DNA of 64,000 bases, from the sequence record PP534475.1; one strand, written 5' to 3'. Under the pieces are notes generated by a model. It saw nothing but the letters and a program-made list of their open reading frames with translations. It did not search any database and had not been told where the DNA came from. The DNA is from Escherichia phage YJin-2024a. Below are positions 45,032-53,719 of this stretch, piece after piece (the first letter of the stretch is position 1; every line of letters begins with the position of its first letter). Position numbers and translations under genes: made by a program.

Positions 45032-45514
45032 ATGGCCGTAGATAGTAGAGAGAAAGGTAAACGTGGTGAGTATCAAGTAAGAGATATTTTACGTGAACGT
45101 ACAGGTCTTGAGTGGGAACGTGTTCCTGGCTCTGGTGCTTTTGGCCAGAGCCATGGACTGAAGGGTGACATCTACCTTCCACCACAAAGCGGACACATTA
45201 GTAAATACTGCTTCGAAGTTAAGTGGTATAAAGATGATGCATTATCAAGTAATTTATTTAATGTTGGTGAATCTACTCTAGAGAAGTGGTGGCAGCAATG
45301 CTCACGTGAAGGTGAGCAGATGAACTCCAAACCTGCATTAATATTCAAAAAAGACAGAGGACAGTGGTTAATAGCTTTGGATAGCTCAGACCCGATGGTT
45401 GACAACTTAATGAGTCGTACCCATATGGTGTTAAATAAGAAAGACATGGAAATCGTAATTGGTTTATTTGAGCCGTGGCTACATCATGCATCTGTTGAGG
45501 ACTTAATTAAATAA
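45032..45514 (+). CDS. PD-(D/E)xK nuclease, Hjc-like Holliday-junction resolvase
   Basis: KGKRGEYQVRDIL..G....VPGSG.....KGDIY.....CFEVKW follows the Hjc pattern. Confidence 0.45.
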   Translation: MAVDSREKGKRGEYQVRDILRERTGLEWERVPGSGAFGQSHGLKGDIYLPPQSGHISKYCFEVKWYKDDALSSNLFNVGESTLEKWWQQCSREGEQMNSKPALIFKKDRGQWLIALDSSDPMVDNLMSRTHMVLNKKDMEIVIGLFEPWLHHASVEDLIK

Positions 45515-46389
45515 TGAGTAAATCCTGGGGAAAATTTATTGAAGAAGAGGAAGCTGAAATGGCTTCCCGTCGTAACCTAATGATTGTTGATGGAACTAAC
45601 TTAGGCTTTCGCTTCAAACATAACAATAGTAAAAAACCATTTGCCTCAAGTTATGTTTCCACTATTCAGTCTCTTGCAAAATCTTATTCTGCTAGAACTA
45701 CAATAGTTTTAGGGGATAAAGGGAAGTCTGCATTCCGCTTAGAGCATTTACCTGAGTATAAGGGTAATCGAGATGAGAAATACTCACAGCGTACGGAAGA
45801 GGAGAAAGCGTTAGATGAGCAGTTCTTCGAGTATTTGAAAGATGCTTTCGAATTATGTGAAACTACATTCCCAACTTTCACTATTCGTGGTGTAGAAGCA
45901 GATGATATGGCGGCTTATATTGTTAAGCTCATCGGACATCTGTATGATCACGTTTGGTTGATTTCTACTGATGGTGACTGGGATACTTTATTAACTGATA
46001 AAGTTTCTCGATTCTCTTTCACAACACGTCGTGAATACCATCTTCGTGATATGTATGAACATCATAATGTTGACGATGTAGAGCAGTTTATATCTCTAAA
46101 AGCAATTATGGGTGATTTAGGGGATAATATCCGCGGTGTTGAAGGTATTGGGGCGAAACGCGGGTATAATATTATTCGTGAATTTGGTAATGTTCTGGAT
46201 ATTATTGATCAGCTTCCCTTGCCTGGAAAACAGAAATATATACAGAATTTAAATGCTTCGGAAGAATTGCTTTATAGAAACCTAATTTTGGTTGATTTAC
46301 CTACCTACTGTGTGGATGCTATTGCTGCTGTAGGTCAAGATGTATTAGATAAGTTTACAAAAGATATTTTGGAGATTGCAGAACAATGA
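45514..46389 (+). CDS. 5'-3' flap endonuclease (T5 D15-type)
   Basis: N-terminal MIVDGTNLGFRF; 291 aa. Confidence 0.9.
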   Translation: MSKSWGKFIEEEEAEMASRRNLMIVDGTNLGFRFKHNNSKKPFASSYVSTIQSLAKSYSARTTIVLGDKGKSAFRLEHLPEYKGNRDEKYSQRTEEEKALDEQFFEYLKDAFELCETTFPTFTIRGVEADDMAAYIVKLIGHLYDHVWLISTDGDWDTLLTDKVSRFSFTTRREYHLRDMYEHHNVDDVEQFISLKAIMGDLGDNIRGVEGIGAKRGYNIIREFGNVLDIIDQLPLPGKQKYIQNLNASEELLYRNLILVDLPTYCVDAIAAVGQDVLDKFTKDILEIAEQ

Positions 46390-46832
46390 TTAAAATTAAA
46401 TTAACTCATCCAGATTGTATGCCTAAGATTGGTTCCGAAGATGCCGCAGGTATGGATCTGCGAGCATTCTTTGGTACTAACCCTGCTGCAGATTTACGTG
46501 CTATTGCACCAGGCAAATCCTTGATGATTGACACCGGTGTCGCGGTAGAAATTCCGCGAGGTTGGTTCGGTTTGGTAGTTCCTCGTAGCTCTTTAGGTAA
46601 GCGTCATCTGATGATTGCAAACACCGCAGGAGTGATAGACTCAGACTATCGTGGAACTATTAAGATGAACCTTTATAACTACGGTTCTGAAATTCAAACT
46701 CTGGAGAATTTTGAAAGACTTTGTCAGTTGGTAGTAGTACCACACTACTCAACTCATAATTTTGAAATTGTTGATGAACTAGGGGAAACTGATCGTGGAG
46801 AAGGCGGATTTGGAAGCTCAGGAAGTAAATAA
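46386..46832 (+). CDS. dut: dUTP diphosphatase
   Basis: AAGMDLRA, RSSLG..H, GVIDSDYRG dUTPase motifs. Confidence 0.9.
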   Translation: MIKIKLTHPDCMPKIGSEDAAGMDLRAFFGTNPAADLRAIAPGKSLMIDTGVAVEIPRGWFGLVVPRSSLGKRHLMIANTAGVIDSDYRGTIKMNLYNYGSEIQTLENFERLCQLVVVPHYSTHNFEIVDELGETDRGEGGFGSSGSK

Positions 46833-46853
46833 TCCTCTAATTAATTAATAATA

Positions 46854-46890
46854 AACCCCAATGGATTTTGTCCATTGGGGTTTTATTTTA
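46854..46890. terminator. bidirectional terminator between early and late modules
   Basis: 12-bp hairpin AACCCCAATGGA/TCCATTGGGGTT with U-tracts on both strands, between convergent dut and tail-fibre genes. Confidence 0.75.
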
Positions 46891-48618
46891 CTTAGCTTTC
46901 AATATATTTATTTCTTCTTGTAATTCTTCAACTTTATTAATAAGCCACTTAACTGCAGCAACGGAATCAAGCAACATAACATTTTCATCAATGGCTAACG
47001 TTTTCTCTCTTCCGGGATCTCCGTATTCCCGTACATATTGGGGATCTATTTTCTGTAAATCCTGGGCTATAAAACCGCGCCTCACCTGTTCATTCTCATC
47101 ATTTTTATAGATGTATGATTTATAGGGCATCTGCTTAATATTACCTATTGCAATATTAGTATCAATGGACTGAATATTTTTCTTTAATCTTTCATCACAA
47201 ATCGGAGATTTTGAAAAAATATAGTTTAGCGAACCATCGTTATACCCATATTGAAGATCAAATGAATTATCAATAAACGTAAACACGGTAATACTCTTGC
47301 CGTTACCTTGTTCACCATCTGGTAGTGCCCAATCCCTTACTTGAGCAATTGCAGCTCTAGGATAACTATTACTAGAATCAGGATAAGATATTTGTCCAAA
47401 ACAAGCAAAAGATCTATAGTTCTTTAGTGAATTACCACTACCACCCCCAAGAATTGGGACGAAGGCACTATATGCTGTGTTATTCCACCAGTCCGGCGCG
47501 CGATAAGCGCAGTGACTATAGGAACTCCCTGTACCGACTCCGGACGGCCTATGGGATGTTGAAAACTGACCATTACTGTCATACTTAATGCTTACAGGGA
47601 TCCCTCTATCATCTGTTATAGTTAAGCTAACACCCCATGCGCCATTAATTACTTTACTTGATTTTAGTTCCGCTGTTACATTTGCACTGGGCGATTTATA
47701 TTCAGATTTAACACTACCACCAGAAACAACAACACCTGAATCGGGGGTTGTTTTATCAGCGTTAATAACACTCCATGATGTATTTGCTGCAACGAAACCA
47801 CCGGACGCCCGGATTACCCATACACCGGTGAAGTTATTAGGGGTAATCTCTTCGGTATTACCATAACGCCCATACACACTAGATTGACGAGAAGCATCAA
47901 AGTTCCATCTACGTGGATAATTCGTTACTGCAGCATTTTCTACAATGGCGTTTAGGTTAGCATATTTTTGGAATGCCTCGGACGGATATCCAGCACCACT
48001 TGCACCATCATTTTCAATAATTGATGTAGAAGTTACGGTTCTAAAGTAGGCAGTTAAGTTAGGAGCAGAAGACTCATTCGCTCTACCGAGGTTAGAAGTT
48101 ACCCCACCATCACCACGTCCAAAAAGACCCTTAAAGGAGCCAGATTGAACACCATTTCGATCAGGAACACGGAAGGTTGTTTGACCATCACCAACTGAGT
48201 ATTTGCCTCTCTCATGTGGATCTGCTAACCATTCTGCATCACTGATAGGACTTAACATTTGAGCATATGCCCAAAGCTCCGGCCAGTCAGCACGGTTTAG
48301 CAATTGACCATCGGAAACCACCTCGTAAGGTTGAATATACGCACGACTATCACGCAGGTGGAAATCGCCAACCCCGTAATTCATAACGCCATTCATTGTA
48401 GGGCCAACTGTGCCAGTATTAATCTTATTCTCTACCCAACGCTTAGTAACCGCATCATAGTCACTAACAGGGTCTCCCGCAAGGGGAGTAGACCCAATAG
48501 GACGCACATTTAACCATGCTGCTGCACGATCTGCTAAGTCGCTTAAGTTATTATTCTTATTAAGCGACTCATTTTTAAGTTTTGTAATATCCGTAGGAAT
48601 TACTGTTTTAGTTACCAT
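46888..48618 (-). CDS. L-shaped tail fibre distal protein with C-terminal S74 intramolecular-chaperone domain
   Basis: C-terminal GFIAQDLQKIDPQYV...LAIDENVMLLDSVAAVKWLINKVEELQEEINILK resembles the autoproteolytic chaperone domain. Confidence 0.7.
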   Translation of the reverse strand: MVTKTVIPTDITKLKNESLNKNNNLSDLADRAAAWLNVRPIGSTPLAGDPVSDYDAVTKRWVENKINTGTVGPTMNGVMNYGVGDFHLRDSRAYIQPYEVVSDGQLLNRADWPELWAYAQMLSPISDAEWLADPHERGKYSVGDGQTTFRVPDRNGVQSGSFKGLFGRGDGGVTSNLGRANESSAPNLTAYFRTVTSTSIIENDGASGAGYPSEAFQKYANLNAIVENAAVTNYPRRWNFDASRQSSVYGRYGNTEEITPNNFTGVWVIRASGGFVAANTSWSVINADKTTPDSGVVVSGGSVKSEYKSPSANVTAELKSSKVINGAWGVSLTITDDRGIPVSIKYDSNGQFSTSHRPSGVGTGSSYSHCAYRAPDWWNNTAYSAFVPILGGGSGNSLKNYRSFACFGQISYPDSSNSYPRAAIAQVRDWALPDGEQGNGKSITVFTFIDNSFDLQYGYNDGSLNYIFSKSPICDERLKKNIQSIDTNIAIGNIKQMPYKSYIYKNDENEQVRRGFIAQDLQKIDPQYVREYGDPGREKTLAIDENVMLLDSVAAVKWLINKVEELQEEINILKAK

Positions 48619-48627
48619 TATAAAACC

Positions 48628-48903
48628 TTATGCCCACTCTCTAAGAGGCTGTGCAAGAATAACACTATGATCACTGTATTGAGTGAAGTCAAATGAATCA
48701 TCAATAACCCTTACGTTCACATAATACCCCTCATTCTGGGTATATATGGGCTCATCCTCTGAGCCACCAGTTTGTGTATAGGTATATCCGATAACATCAA
48801 GCATTATTTGATTTTGCAAAGTTTCATTGCCTTCCCAATCAATAACCACAAGGAAGTCTTCAAATGCTTTCTTGTCCTTAAATTTCATAGTTAAGTCTTT
48901 CAT
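48628..48903 (-). CDS. small hypothetical protein between tail-fibre genes
   Basis: 91-aa ORF. Confidence 0.4.
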   Translation of the reverse strand: MKDLTMKFKDKKAFEDFLVVIDWEGNETLQNQIMLDVIGYTYTQTGGSEDEPIYTQNEGYYVNVRVIDDSFDFTQYSDHSVILAQPLREWA

Positions 48904-51221
48904 ACAGATTCCTTCATTTGACGATCTGTTAATTCTTTATGCCAGATTCTAAAGTTACGAATATGACCGAATAAACTACGCTCTCCGTTAGCAAGGTTGT
49001 AGCCAATACGTATTGTGTGTGCACCATTCACGCTAGACCATGACGATTTAGTTTGCGTTGAAAATATACCATTTGAAACGACCTTGAAATTTCCTTCTGT
49101 ATTTCTTACAAATCCTGCAATTAGTTTTCTTTCTGAATCCACAGCCGGAAATGAAACAATACTACCAAACTGAACGTAAGGTCTTCCATTTCCAGTAGCA
49201 GATCTAAACCCGAATACCAATGCATCATCAGCAGTCTTAAAGCCACTGATATCAAATATTCTTGGCGCTAAGTTAGGAGCAACATCCCAATTTTTGTTAA
49301 CCTCAACAAGGCAAGAAACAGGAGCATTATAAAGGTTATTTTTTATTGGTATAGTAACCAGATCGCTCGCCCTTGTGGCTGGCGTTCCTTCTGTAATAAT
49401 AAAAGATGATGCGCAAGAGCCAACTTCAATTTGAGGCATTGAAATATCAGCGGTGCTTGTGTCGTCAAAAATAGCGCCACCAGTTTTGTTGGCCATATTA
49501 ATAACGCCTCGAACATCTGTAGATGTATCGGTTATCTTATACACAACCTCTACAACTATCCAATCACCATCTTTTGATACATTTTTTACGATAATATTGT
49601 TTGCATCACTACCAGAGGTCGATATTCCCATGTTATCAAGGTCAATAAATGCAACTGCTGACGTCGTTAATGGATCTCCCTTGTCAAATCTAGCCCCGAT
49701 CCGCAAATTCACACCCTTTGCACGAAATGATATTACCACATGATCACCGCTAACCACTGGTATCTTATTTGGTGTTAAGCCTGCAATTATCGTGTACGCA
49801 CCGGTTTGGCCCATATAATCACCAGGCGTGAACGTTGCATATTTAAAACCGCGATTATCAGTTTTTGTCTCACTTCTGCTCAGACCTGGATTTGGATTCC
49901 ATGATTCCGGTGTATTTGAGTTTATAAAATAATTTGTCCTCTGACCTTCAATTAGCAAACCTTCTTTTTCAAATCGCGGTTCGTCAACTTCAGCAACGGT
50001 AAATACTCCTGATTTATTAATGTATGTTGCACCTGTCGCGCGTTTAAAGTTAACAACCTTATCAGATGGCATGGTGATCACGTCATCATCAACAGTTATT
50101 TGTTTATAGCCTGGTGCAAATCCTGCTAGCATGTCCAGTGAATCATTGAATGGAATCCACACATCAGGGAAAGACTGAACTTCTGTGGTATTGCTAATAG
50201 CAACTTCTACTTTATCCACCTCAGCCTGGGCACGATCAGCTTCGGTTTTTGAGCGATCGGCTTCTGTCTTAGCAGTTTTAGCACTATTAGCAGCATTAGT
50301 AGCTTGTTTTCCCGCTTCAGTAGCAGATGCAGCAGCATTAGTTGCAGAAGTAGCCGCTTGATCTTTTAAAGCTGTTGTCTCCGTTACAGCACTATTCTTG
50401 ATGGTTTGAGTATCAGATTTTAATGCCTCAACATCAGATTTTAGACCTTGAATAGTGGTTACTGATTGACTAGCTGAAGTTGCAGAACTAGCAGCATTTG
50501 TTTCACTAGCCTTAGCTTTAGTTTCGCTAGACTTTGCATTAGTTTCTGATGTTTTTGCCTTAGTCTCGGATACTTTAGCAGCAGCAGCAGAGGCAGCCGC
50601 TTGTGCAGCAAATGCTTCCGCTTCATCCCTAAAACCTTTAGAATCGGCAGCAGACGCAGCAGATTCAGCAGCTCTAGTTTCACTAGTCTTAGCATTAGTT
50701 TCACTAATTTTTACAGCAGCAGCGGAAGCAGCAGCATTAGTCTCACTAATTTTAGCATTAGTCTCGGAGGCTTTAGCTTTGGTTTCACTAGACTTTGCAT
50801 TGGTTTCTGATGCTTTTGCATTAGTCTCTGAGGTTTTAGCCTTAGTTTCACTAGCTTTTGCATTAGTCTCAGATACTTTAGCTGCTGCGGCTGATTCTGC
50901 AGATCTATCCGCTGATGCAGCAGATTGAGTAGCAGATGTAGCGGACTGAGTGGCAGAGGCTTCAGAAGCTCCAGCAGATATAGCAGCTTCTTGTTCAGAA
51001 TCCTTAGCGTTAAGTTCCGAAGTCTTAGCAGCTATCTCAGAATCTTTTGCAGCTGCAGCAGACTTAGCTGCTGCCTCAATAGACGATACTAGCTCACTTG
51101 CAGTAATAGAACTAATAGAGTTACCAAGAGTTACTGTATATCTAGGAAATTTACTAGCAGTAGCTTTAGTATCATCAATATTTAGTATCTGTTGTACAAT
51201 AATCTTAGTAGTTACTGCCAT
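48900..51221 (-). CDS. L-shaped tail fibre proximal protein with tandem heptad repeats
   Basis: About 18 copies of SETNAKA/SETKAKA near the N-terminus followed by a beta-rich domain. Confidence 0.65.
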   Translation of the reverse strand: MAVTTKIIVQQILNIDDTKATASKFPRYTVTLGNSISSITASELVSSIEAAAKSAAAAKDSEIAAKTSELNAKDSEQEAAISAGASEASATQSATSATQSAASADRSAESAAAAKVSETNAKASETKAKTSETNAKASETNAKSSETKAKASETNAKISETNAAASAAAVKISETNAKTSETRAAESAASAADSKGFRDEAEAFAAQAAASAAAAKVSETKAKTSETNAKSSETKAKASETNAASSATSASQSVTTIQGLKSDVEALKSDTQTIKNSAVTETTALKDQAATSATNAAASATEAGKQATNAANSAKTAKTEADRSKTEADRAQAEVDKVEVAISNTTEVQSFPDVWIPFNDSLDMLAGFAPGYKQITVDDDVITMPSDKVVNFKRATGATYINKSGVFTVAEVDEPRFEKEGLLIEGQRTNYFINSNTPESWNPNPGLSRSETKTDNRGFKYATFTPGDYMGQTGAYTIIAGLTPNKIPVVSGDHVVISFRAKGVNLRIGARFDKGDPLTTSAVAFIDLDNMGISTSGSDANNIIVKNVSKDGDWIVVEVVYKITDTSTDVRGVINMANKTGGAIFDDTSTADISMPQIEVGSCASSFIITEGTPATRASDLVTIPIKNNLYNAPVSCLVEVNKNWDVAPNLAPRIFDISGFKTADDALVFGFRSATGNGRPYVQFGSIVSFPAVDSERKLIAGFVRNTEGNFKVVSNGIFSTQTKSSWSSVNGAHTIRIGYNLANGERSLFGHIRNFRIWHKELTDRQMKESV
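50486..50878 (-). repeat. tandem 21-bp (heptad-coding) repeat array inside the tail-fibre gene
   Basis: Direct repeats visible at nucleotide level, coding residues approx 116-245. Confidence 0.6.
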
Positions 51222-51643
51222 TATTTAGTTACCCCATCACTGATAAATACTTTACCCTCCATTATGCGAAAGGAGCTAATTGCAGATCCTATAACATCTC
51301 TAGTCATGATTATATCATAGTATCCAGCAAATCGCTGACGAGGATTATATTTATCTCTATCTTTAGACGCTTTAGCCCCTATATTTTCCACAGATTCTAC
51401 GGGTAAACTTATAGCTACAGCCCCCTGAGCAGCATCAATAATATTAGTAGTAAAGGATGCTAATATCTCCGCATTCTCATCTAGGCTATTTTTTACAGTA
51501 CCTCTTAGAGAATATCCGGTTAAGTTAACAGGAGTATTTGTAGGCGGATAAGTACTATCATCAACGTCTAAGAACTGCATCATTAGACCATATGGTACAT
51601 TTTCGTCTATTACTAAATCTATAACTCTATTTTCAGTACTCAT
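51221..51643 (-). CDS. tail collar/Ig-like protein (T5 p132-like)
   Basis: 140 aa, position between tail-fibre and pb4-like genes. Confidence 0.5.
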   Translation of the reverse strand: MSTENRVIDLVIDENVPYGLMMQFLDVDDSTYPPTNTPVNLTGYSLRGTVKNSLDENAEILASFTTNIIDAAQGAVAISLPVESVENIGAKASKDRDKYNPRQRFAGYYDIIMTRDVIGSAISSFRIMEGKVFISDGVTK

Positions 51644-51646
51644 TAT

Positions 51647-53719
51647 TTACCTTATATGGATGTACCCGTTTTGCAGGTCTATCTTCATTCTGTAATAGGC
51701 TTCCGGGTTCCCTGATAACGCAGCATTTCTATCATAGATTATATTAACACCGATTTGTGATAAGAAGGCATTTCCTGCCACAATCTTATCAGCAGTCACA
51801 GTTCCATTAACAATCATGTTGCCATGAAGAACCATTGCAGGGTTAATCCAACCGGAACCATTCCATTGACGAGTAAATGCTGTTTGCGGAGCATTACTAT
51901 TAAACTCAGTCAATACATCATATCTAACTGGTGGACTACCAAAGTTATTCTGGAAGAAGGCATTAGCTTGTCCACCATCCCAGCCTCCAAGACCTGGAAT
52001 ACCTAAGGAATACATGCCAGGGCCTCTTTGCCCATCTGCACCAATAGTACCTTCAGTACCACTCCACTGAACTACATCAGACCAGCTAGTACCTTCAAGA
52101 AGTTTGTTAGTAACTGGATCAAGTGTACCCGTAGTCGCATAGATATTTTGTGTCATATCTGTGCGGTTAGGTGGAGTTTTTGACCAACCAGGAGGCGGAT
52201 AATCTTGTTCTAGTGGTTTAGCAGGTAGAGATGTTGCTAACTTATAAACAAATACTGTTTGTTTACCCTGCATCCCAGTACCAATATCTACGTCACCATT
52301 AGGAGTTCCAATAACAACTCCGCTAGAAATACGAAGAGTATCACCATCATAACGTATCCACTGAGTAGCATTACCTATATCTAACTTTGGCTTAGCAGAA
52401 GTGTTATCCATTCCCATCCAGATACCAGATTTTGTATCTCCCCAAGTTTTACCTTGAGTATAGATTGCCGGATTATCTCGACCAGTTAGATTAGTCATTA
52501 CAAAGTTAGCAGCATTGATAGTTTTAGTTATAACACTACCATCAACGTTAACTATCTTTTTAATAGGATCGAAAGATATTGGTGCTTTTCCTTCTGCATC
52601 TAGGAGGCCTATATTAATAGCACCAGTAGCAGCATCGATTAAAAATGTTTGCTTCCACGTGGAGCCATCTTTAATCTTACCTTTAATATACGCATAGTTT
52701 ACTTCTATACCAGTTTCATTAACAAAACTATTATCAAGAGGAGTATCCTCATTTAGTATAAAAGTCTGTACTGCAGAATCTGTTACATCTTGAGCATCTG
52801 GTCCCCACGCTATAGAGGAGACTTTAAATTTATGCTCAATTTTCCACGGAAACGATATAATAGTTGCCGCTTGTGCAGCACCTACGTTAATTTTTTGGGC
52901 CTTAGTCCATCCAGTTCTTGCAAATTCTGCGGAGTCTATATAAGACACGACAAATTCACGAACATTGGCTCCAGACCCCCTGTTCCAATCCCATTGCACA
53001 CGTAAATCATAACGTTCTTTACCATCTGCAATTCTTGCAGCCTTGAAGGTAATATTGCTAGGAGCAGTGGGCGGTACAAAGTTATACTCTACAGTAAGAA
53101 CTTTAGAAAACTCAAAGTATCCAGAGGAGTCTACAGTTACACCATCAGGCATAGTAACTTGCCCTGATATGCGTACTTTATAATCCCCAATAGGAACACC
53201 ACCAAATCTAATAGTGTGGGATAGTGGACCTATATAATACTTTACCCACGGGCTATTTGAAGGTTGAGTACTCTTTAGCTCAATAGTACAATAACTAGCT
53301 TCTCCCGTAGTTTCTATAACTACTATTGGAGCACCAACACCCACATCTACTGGATCTGCTTCTGATCGAGCAGCAGTAATAGTAGGTTTTTCTTTGGTAC
53401 TAAAAGTAGTTTTATTAGATAAATTTATACCGATCTTAGCCTCTAATAGCTCAGAGTCTATAATAGAATCATAAAAAGCCCCTTGAATCTCGTAAGAGGT
53501 TGAAGGGGTTAGATTATTAATCATTACGAAGAAAGTATCTATACCAGTATAATCACGTCTATCTATACTTTCTCCTGTCTTTAACCAAAAAGATCTACCA
53601 ATAACGTCATAGTCAGTATATATAGAGTGCTGGACATATGCCATTGTATATCCAGTCATTATACTATTTAAGACCATTTTGGCTGGTGCATTATTCGAAA
53701 TCATTAAATGGATGCCCAC
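51647..53719 (-). CDS. tail tip/baseplate protein (T5 pb4-like)
   Basis: 690 aa, beta-rich, downstream of hub gene. Confidence 0.55.
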   Translation of the reverse strand: MGIHLMISNNAPAKMVLNSIMTGYTMAYVQHSIYTDYDVIGRSFWLKTGESIDRRDYTGIDTFFVMINNLTPSTSYEIQGAFYDSIIDSELLEAKIGINLSNKTTFSTKEKPTITAARSEADPVDVGVGAPIVVIETTGEASYCTIELKSTQPSNSPWVKYYIGPLSHTIRFGGVPIGDYKVRISGQVTMPDGVTVDSSGYFEFSKVLTVEYNFVPPTAPSNITFKAARIADGKERYDLRVQWDWNRGSGANVREFVVSYIDSAEFARTGWTKAQKINVGAAQAATIISFPWKIEHKFKVSSIAWGPDAQDVTDSAVQTFILNEDTPLDNSFVNETGIEVNYAYIKGKIKDGSTWKQTFLIDAATGAINIGLLDAEGKAPISFDPIKKIVNVDGSVITKTINAANFVMTNLTGRDNPAIYTQGKTWGDTKSGIWMGMDNTSAKPKLDIGNATQWIRYDGDTLRISSGVVIGTPNGDVDIGTGMQGKQTVFVYKLATSLPAKPLEQDYPPPGWSKTPPNRTDMTQNIYATTGTLDPVTNKLLEGTSWSDVVQWSGTEGTIGADGQRGPGMYSLGIPGLGGWDGGQANAFFQNNFGSPPVRYDVLTEFNSNAPQTAFTRQWNGSGWINPAMVLHGNMIVNGTVTADKIVAGNAFLSQIGVNIIYDRNAALSGNPEAYYRMKIDLQNGYIHIR

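Noticed and set aside
50459-51228. Alternative-frame ORFs inside the tail-fibre repeat array
   Set aside because: Artefacts of the 21-bp tandem repeat keeping several frames open
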